Part shown: one piece after another, positions 49,351-55,173 of the stretch
Numbering within the stretch: the first letter of the stretch is position 1
Layout: every line of letters begins with the position of its first letter
IMG/VR virus record: IMGVR_UViG_3300006165_000006
Coordinates: 1 to 55,173 of that record
Source of the DNA: a virus
Taxonomy: Duplodnaviria; Caudoviricetes
Length of the DNA stretch: 55,173 bases
Reading direction: 5' to 3' (one strand)
Made by a program: the position numbers and the translations under genes
The notes under the pieces: model-generated
Told to the model about the DNA's origin: nothing
Database searches by the model: none
What the model saw: only the letters and a program-made list of their open reading frames with translations

Positions 49351-49377
49351 CTTTTCGATAATAAATATAAGTAAGTA

Positions 49378-50754
49378 TTAAATACCAATAGATTTTAACC
49401 TTAAAATTTCATCCTTAACCTTTTGATTAAATGGTGTCCACTTAAAATTAGCCAACATCCACTCTCTATATGAGGCTGGTATCTCCCTAACTTCTCTTCT
49501 AGCGAACTTACCAAATGGCATTATAACCTTAGTACCTTCAGCTGCTTTTTCATGTGGGGATTTCTCACCTTCAATATGTAATCCAATCTCTTGAATAGGG
49601 ATTCCACTAAGAAGTCTTTTCCCTTCACCATACATTTTCCACATAGTAGCTTCTTCTTTAAAGTAGATATCCTCAACCTTACCAAACTTTGGAACGGCTC
49701 CTACAAAATCAACAACCAACCCTTCAGATTTATTAGGATGAATACGTGTAACTCTACCAACGAATTGATACCACCAACTTAACGAAGCAGTGGGTCTACC
49801 AGTAATGATACAATCTAACTCTGGATAATCAAATCCAACTGTAAGAATATTTACTTGAGCAATACAACGTAATCTACCTTCTTTGAAATCAGCAATGATA
49901 TCCTTTCGTTCTTGAGAATTCATATCAGAATACACAGCTTTACAATTTGGAATCTTTTTAGTCAGTTCAATTGCTTCATCAATTGTAGGAACTGCTATTA
50001 ATATAGATTTACGATTATATAACTCCTCAACCTTCTTTGCAATCTTATCACCAATCTTCTGGAGTTTGTAAGCCTTCTTAATAGATGAGTTAGAATATTC
50101 GGCACCAGTAGTATTATAAACTAAATCACCAGTATTAAAATCATATGATTGATATTCCAACTTACTCCAAAATCCCAACTCAACCATCTCTTGAATTTGA
50201 GCAACATAAATAACCTTCTTAAAAAAGATACCTTTCTTAGAACGATTCGTTAACATTACCAATTTAGAAAATGGTCTACCATCGGCACCCATATTTGTTT
50301 GAAGTTTCAATGGAGTAGCCGTTAACCCTAACGTATGTTTGATACCAGCACCCTTTAGGAAACGCCTAAGCATTCCATTTGGTTCACGTGGAAATCTATC
50401 ACACTCATCAATTATAACCTTTGTAATCCCAAGTTCTTTAAATTGAGTTGCTATCTTAACAATAGAACCAATAGTAGCATATGTAATATCTCCAATCTCC
50501 TTTTCACCCATAGAAGCTGAGTATATTGAAGCCGTTCCACCTAAATTAATGAATTTAGAGTAGTTTTGTTCCAATAATTCCTTTGATGGTTGTATTACTA
50601 ACAACTTTTCACCTACTTCTTTAGCAATTGCAGCAATAACAATCGACTTACCAAAGGCGGTAGGTGCGACAATTATTGATGGTACTGGTTTCTTTTCATC
50701 GAAATACTCAATACCTAGTCTAACTGGTTCAATCTGATTGGGTCTTAATTCCAT
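49378..50754 (-). CDS. SF2 DExD/H helicase (RadD/UvsW-like) with C-terminal MPFGK domain
   Basis: LRPNQ, PTAFGKS, IIDECD, GLTATP, TVGFDYP, QFVGR. Confidence 0.9.
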   Translation of the reverse strand: MELRPNQIEPVRLGIEYFDEKKPVPSIIVAPTAFGKSIVIAAIAKEVGEKLLVIQPSKELLEQNYSKFINLGGTASIYSASMGEKEIGDITYATIGSIVKIATQFKELGITKVIIDECDRFPREPNGMLRRFLKGAGIKHTLGLTATPLKLQTNMGADGRPFSKLVMLTNRSKKGIFFKKVIYVAQIQEMVELGFWSKLEYQSYDFNTGDLVYNTTGAEYSNSSIKKAYKLQKIGDKIAKKVEELYNRKSILIAVPTIDEAIELTKKIPNCKAVYSDMNSQERKDIIADFKEGRLRCIAQVNILTVGFDYPELDCIITGRPTASLSWWYQFVGRVTRIHPNKSEGLVVDFVGAVPKFGKVEDIYFKEEATMWKMYGEGKRLLSGIPIQEIGLHIEGEKSPHEKAAEGTKVIMPFGKFARREVREIPASYREWMLANFKWTPFNQKVKDEILRLKSIGI

Positions 50755-50793
50755 ATTTTAGTATTTTTACACTATTACATAGTGTAAACTTTA

Positions 50794-50825
50794 CAAATAT
50801 ACAAATAATATTTGGATAATACAAG
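50794..50825 (-). promoter_or_regulatory. Bacteroidota sigma70-type promoter for the helicase
   Basis: CTTG-N20-TATATTTG. Confidence 0.7.
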
Positions 50826-50881
50826 CTTTTTCTCATTTTTCTTTAAACTTATTAACAATAGTTAAAATTATCACAAAAAAG

Positions 50882-50913
50882 TTTGGTTGTTTGGATATTT
50901 CTTCGTATATTTG
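50882..50913 (+). promoter_or_regulatory. Bacteroidota sigma70-type promoter for the TonB-dependent receptor
   Basis: TTTG-N20-TATATTTG, perfect consensus, divergent from the helicase promoter. Confidence 0.75.
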
Positions 50914-50965
50914 TACTCAAATAAAAAGATATAACCCAAAATGTGGGATATATTAAGTTATAATA

Positions 50966-53686
50966 ATGAATAAATTAAATTTAATTATGAAACAAATTTT
51001 AATTGGGATGATGTTGGTACTAACCACATTATCTACGTTCGGTCAAACTACTGGTAAGGTAGTAGAAGCTGGAACAAATGAACCATTACCGGGTGCAACT
51101 GTTGTTGTTAAAGGTACCACTATCGGAGCTATTACCGATTTTGATGGTAACTTTACCATACAGGCTGATGAAGGTAGTGAAGTTGTATTCTCTTATTTAG
51201 GATATGAGGAGTTATCAGCTCCATTGAAAACTGGAGGTATATATGTAATGGTAGTAGACCGTAATACATTAAGTGAAATCATTGTTACATCAGGTGTAAT
51301 TGATATTGCTAAGGTAAGGGAAACTCCAATTGCAGTATCAACAATCTCACCAGCGGAGATTTCATTAAAGACGGGTAATCAAGAGTTCCCAGAAATTATG
51401 AATAAAACTCCAGGTGTGTACGCTACTAAACAAGGTGGTGGATATGGTGATTCAAGAATCTCATTAAGAGGTTTCGACCAAACAAACACTTCATTCCTTA
51501 TTAACGGGCAGCCTGTTAATGATATGGAAAACGGACGAGTGTATTGGAGTAATTGGCAAGGATTATCAGATGTTGCGAGTGGGATTCAAATCCAAAGAGG
51601 ATTGGGAGCATCACGATTAGCAGTACCATCGGTAGGTGGAACTGTTTCTATTTTTACTAAAGCTGCTCAAAAGAGTAGAGGTGGTAAATTAACTCAAATG
51701 ATTGGTAACGATGGATACACCAAAACAGGTGTTTCATATAATACCGGTGTAAATGAAAAGGGATGGGCATCATCTTTCTTAATATCTAAGTGGGCAGGAA
51801 ATGGTTATATCAACAACACAAGTGGAGAAGGTTATACTTACTTTGCAGCAGTTGGATATTCACCAGAAGATTCAGACCACGAATTAAATTTCACATTCTT
51901 AGGTTCAGGTCAATGGCACCACCAAAGAGATGTTTGGGTATCTATTAGAGATTATCAAAACTTCGGTGATGAAGGTATTGATACTAGATGGAATTCAAAT
52001 GGTGGTACGTTAAACGGAGAAGAATTCTCAATGAGAAGAAACTTCTATAACAAACCATTAGCAACTTTCAATTGGGATTGGGAAATCAATGATAACCTTA
52101 ACTTAGCTACATCATTATATGGTTCAGCTGGTAGAGGTGGAGGAACAGGTCCAAGAGGTAATAACTATCGTAATGGAGTTACTGATATACTTCCATTTAG
52201 AAAAGACCTTACGGAGCATTACTTAGAAAATGGTAGAGGTTCTCGTAACCCAGATGGTTCAATTAACTTTGATGCTGTTGTAGCAAACAACCAATCAACT
52301 ACTTTAGGATACACTGGTGATATCGGAGCATTTGAAGGACAACTTATTGGTTCTAATGGATTCAGAGATTCAAATGTGAATAGAGAAGTTCTTATAAGGA
52401 GAGCATCTATGAACTCACATGATTGGGTTGGTGGTATTTCTAACTTAGAAGGACAATTCGGTAATTGGAAAACATCTATCGGTATTGATTTAAGGAAATA
52501 TACGGGTCAGCATTATAGAGTGTTAAACAACCTTATGGGATTAGATGGATATTACTCAACGGGTAATAAAAACTCTAATGGTCAAATAATCAACACAACT
52601 GTTGCGGCTAGCCCGTTTGGTAGTACTGGTATTGATGGACCTAAGATTGATTACCACAATGTAGGTAAAGTTGGATGGCAAGGTGTAAATGGATTAGTTG
52701 AATATGGAACTGATAGATTAACTGCCGTAGTACAAGCAGGTCTTTCAAATCAAGCATTTCAAAGAATCGATTATTTTGACCAACCAACAAATCCAGAATC
52801 ACTAACTCAGAATCAAGGTGGTGGATATCTTAAAGGTGGTGCTAACTACAATATTAACGAAAAATCAAATGTGTTCTTTAATACAGGATACATTTCTCGT
52901 CAACCTCAGTTTGGAGCAGTGTTCCCTAACTATGGTAATGATATTAGTAGTGATTTACAAAATGAAGAAATTACTTCGTTTGAATTGGGATATGGGTTTA
53001 TTGGAAAAGATTTATCTTTCAACGTAAACGCTTACTCTACTTCTTGGGGTAATAGATTTGTAACTCGTTCTTTATCTAACCAACAAGGTGTAGATGGTTC
53101 GGCTCAATTTAAGAACATTGATGTTGTACACAATGGAATTGAATTTGAAGGTAAATATAGATTATCAGATGCTACTAAATTTAGAGGTATGTTATCAGTA
53201 GGTGATTGGAGATATACAAAGGATTTCTCAGCAGAGTTATTCGATGAAAATCAACAATCAATTGGTACAGGTACTCTTTATCTAAAGGATGCTAAAGTAG
53301 GTGATGCAGCACAATTAACTGCTTCATTAGGTGTTGACCAACGTATTACTAAAAACATCTCTATGGATTTAGATTATAGATTCGTTGATGGGTTATACGC
53401 TGATTACTCAATTACTGATTCAGAGTTTACGAACCCTGATAATCAAGGAGCATTGAAACTTCCTTCATACGGATTGTTTGATTTAGGTGTAACTGGTAGA
53501 GTAGGTAAAGGATGGGTTGTGAGAGCAAACATCAATAACTTATTAAATACTACGTATATAGCAGAATCAAACTCTAACATTCACGCAGATGCATCATCCA
53601 CAACTTGGAATGGTGTTGATACGAGAAACTCAGTATGGTTTGGATTTGGTAGAACTTGGAACGCTTCATTATCGTACAATTTCTAA
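50966..53686 (+). CDS. TonB-dependent outer-membrane receptor (start may be 50987)
   Basis: Signal peptide; carboxypeptidase-regulatory-like N-domain (EPLPGATVVVKGT...TDFDGNF); LSEIIVT TonB box; plug (TPGVY, SLRGF, INGQP); NINNLLN..Y; GRTWNASLSYNF. Confidence 0.95.
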   Translation: MNKLNLIMKQILIGMMLVLTTLSTFGQTTGKVVEAGTNEPLPGATVVVKGTTIGAITDFDGNFTIQADEGSEVVFSYLGYEELSAPLKTGGIYVMVVDRNTLSEIIVTSGVIDIAKVRETPIAVSTISPAEISLKTGNQEFPEIMNKTPGVYATKQGGGYGDSRISLRGFDQTNTSFLINGQPVNDMENGRVYWSNWQGLSDVASGIQIQRGLGASRLAVPSVGGTVSIFTKAAQKSRGGKLTQMIGNDGYTKTGVSYNTGVNEKGWASSFLISKWAGNGYINNTSGEGYTYFAAVGYSPEDSDHELNFTFLGSGQWHHQRDVWVSIRDYQNFGDEGIDTRWNSNGGTLNGEEFSMRRNFYNKPLATFNWDWEINDNLNLATSLYGSAGRGGGTGPRGNNYRNGVTDILPFRKDLTEHYLENGRGSRNPDGSINFDAVVANNQSTTLGYTGDIGAFEGQLIGSNGFRDSNVNREVLIRRASMNSHDWVGGISNLEGQFGNWKTSIGIDLRKYTGQHYRVLNNLMGLDGYYSTGNKNSNGQIINTTVAASPFGSTGIDGPKIDYHNVGKVGWQGVNGLVEYGTDRLTAVVQAGLSNQAFQRIDYFDQPTNPESLTQNQGGGYLKGGANYNINEKSNVFFNTGYISRQPQFGAVFPNYGNDISSDLQNEEITSFELGYGFIGKDLSFNVNAYSTSWGNRFVTRSLSNQQGVDGSAQFKNIDVVHNGIEFEGKYRLSDATKFRGMLSVGDWRYTKDFSAELFDENQQSIGTGTLYLKDAKVGDAAQLTASLGVDQRITKNISMDLDYRFVDGLYADYSITDSEFTNPDNQGALKLPSYGLFDLGVTGRVGKGWVVRANINNLLNTTYIAESNSNIHADASSTTWNGVDTRNSVWFGFGRTWNASLSYNF

Positions 53687-53713
53687 ACTAATACAATAAA
53701 TTAGTTATATTAG

Positions 53714-53744
53714 AGGGGATTCCATCATAGGTTTCCCCTTTTTT
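53714..53744 (+). terminator. Rho-independent terminator after the receptor
   Basis: AGGGGA/TCCCCT stem followed by a T-tract. Confidence 0.7.
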
Positions 53745-53768
53745 ATGCCCTATTTTCATCTAAATAAA

Positions 53769-53845
53769 GTGTAATATAGTACACTTTTGCTAAATAATAT
53801 CACTTAAATAAGGTAAAATCCTACTAAAAGTGTACTATATTACAC
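53769..53845. repeat. Perfect 20-bp inverted repeat with 37-bp spacer
   Basis: GTGTAATATAGTACACTTTT (53769-53788) and AAAAGTGTACTATATTACAC (53826-53845). Confidence 0.9.
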
Positions 53846-53992
53846 CTTTTGAGGGTAAAAAACACCCCAAAACACCCTATATTTACGAATATCGGTGAAT
53901 TATCCGATATGTTTACCTCAGATACTCATAATAAGGCATAAAAAAAGGAATAATACCTAAATTACCCCTTTATTCACTAATTTCTTACTATA

Positions 53993-54244
53993 TTATATCC
54001 AATTCTCAAACGGATGTACTTCTACTATAACAATTGGTTCTGGTTTCTTATAAGGTTGAGGTATATCATCAAATCTAAACACCCAATTCAGATAAGCAAT
54101 GTGGTCATTGTTAAATCTATCCCTATATACATCAACAGACAAACTATCTAATAACTTCTTATACTTTTGTTTCTTATTCTTTATATAGGTAGCTCTTCTA
54201 TGGGAACTCTTATCGTAATTTTCTAATTCTTCATCATCAAACAT
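53993..54244 (-). CDS. Hypothetical protein
   Basis: 83 aa ORF. Confidence 0.6.
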   Translation of the reverse strand: MFDDEELENYDKSSHRRATYIKNKKQKYKKLLDSLSVDVYRDRFNNDHIAYLNWVFRFDDIPQPYKKPEPIVIVEVHPFENWI

Positions 54245-54247
54245 AAC

Positions 54248-54511
54248 TTATTTCTTTTTATTCTTCATTAAACCTAAAATCTTCCATATTTGTATTACGA
54301 TGAGTACACCATTCAAAAATAACAATGATGGTTGATTCGTAAACACCGCATATATGAACCATAACATCGCTCCTAACATACTTACGGCTCTTAACCATAG
54401 GATATCATTGATTAAAAATGAAACGATGATAAACCCCGTTGCAATCCAACTTATAACTTCTAATATATTCTCCATAACTCCTTTCGGTGTGGTGGGAACC
54501 CAAATCCCCAT
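54248..54511 (-). CDS. Small membrane protein (YgjV/PQ-loop-like, three TM segments; start uncertain)
   Basis: ISWIATGFIIVSFL...LRAVSMLGAMLWFIYA...LNG. Confidence 0.65.
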   Translation of the reverse strand: MGIWVPTTPKGVMENILEVISWIATGFIIVSFLINDILWLRAVSMLGAMLWFIYAVFTNQPSLLFLNGVLIVIQIWKILGLMKNKKK

Positions 54512-54692
54512 TACTATTAACCTCTGTCTTTAAAAAAATTTACATCGGTGTCGGAAAGAAAAGATTTTTCGTCTTTCCTTGATTTTTTTGATGATAGTTT
54601 ATTACATATCCCAAACCGAACCTCTTTTATTTTGTTTCCATTCAACGTACCATTCTTTAATAAGAAATAGCACTAATTTTATAAACACCATA

Positions 54693-54938
54693 TTACTTAC
54701 CTAAATCTTTCCAACCCGTATCCTCAAACACAAATGGTAGAATCGAATGTATTATCATTTTAAACAACACACTCAGTAATCTTCCTATTATTTTAATTCC
54801 TCCCCATAGGTGAGTGAAGTAGCTCATATTGAGTTCTCTTAAATGGTTTACTTTGAACCCATTATCCCACCAATGTAAAAATCTATTTAGAATCATATAC
54901 CATATAATTAACACAGTGATTATTTTAAGTAGCAGCAT
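54693..54938 (-). CDS. Hypothetical protein (DUF6356-like His pattern)
   Basis: HLRELNMSYFTHL...IIHSILPFVF. Confidence 0.55.
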   Translation of the reverse strand: MLLLKIITVLIIWYMILNRFLHWWDNGFKVNHLRELNMSYFTHLWGGIKIIGRLLSVLFKMIIHSILPFVFEDTGWKDLGK

Positions 54939-54942
54939 TCTA

Positions 54943-55173
54943 CTATCTCTTACCTTTAGGTATAACTTTAGTTACCTTAGCTTTAACTCCCTTAGAAGGT
55001 TTAACATCCTTTACATCGATAGGTGATTTAAAATCATACCATACTAAGCCAAAGAATAAGTTAGCCATCGTTCTACGGAACCAATTCGGCTTCTCCGTTA
55101 AAGCAAAAGAAATGAAGTTATCTCCATCCCCTATTTGCCATTTTCCAATAGCAGGTTTACTATCCGATAGGTT
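54943..55173 (-). CDS. Hypothetical protein, partial (C-terminal 76 aa)
   Basis: Open frame from the right edge: ...KPNWFRRTMANLFFGLVW...KGKR*. Confidence 0.6.
   Translation of the reverse strand, partial: NLSDSKPAIGKWQIGDGDNFISFALTEKPNWFRRTMANLFFGLVWYDFKSPIDVKDVKPSKGVKAKVTKVIPKGKR

Noticed and set aside
1-55173. tRNA genes, integrase or transposase, stop-codon recoding
   Set aside because: No cloverleaf or recombinase motifs seen; genes are intact and tightly packed under the standard code

Overview
AT-rich 55 kb fragment of a large tailed phage genome, most likely a contractile-tailed (myo-type) virus of a Bacteroidota/Flavobacteriia host. The host call is an inference from nine TTG-N20-TAnnTTTG-like promoters, no obvious Shine-Dalgarno sites and a Bacteroidota-style TonB-dependent receptor. 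Nearly all genes are on the minus strand. From left to right: a >1800 aa tail-fibre-like ORF missed by the ORF track; a small ribbon-helix-helix gene; UDP-sugar dehydrogenase; an Mre11/SbcD-Rad50/SbcC fusion; primase; a baseplate/tail module (gp6-, gp25- and gp5-like); a gp55-like sigma factor; then accessory genes (degenerate peptide deformylase, cupin, UV endonuclease, Hsp20, HD protein, nucleotidase, PhoH, dCMP deaminase, PAP2). The most striking element is an 8-gene operon of exported or envelope proteins (43.2-49.2 kb: CsgG-like, cohesin/dockerin-like, lipoprotein, beta-barrel with an elastic linker) preceded by a ~190 nt hairpin-dense leader. A helicase and a self-contained TonB-dependent receptor cassette on the plus strand follow. 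All family calls come from motifs recognised by eye; no searches were run.
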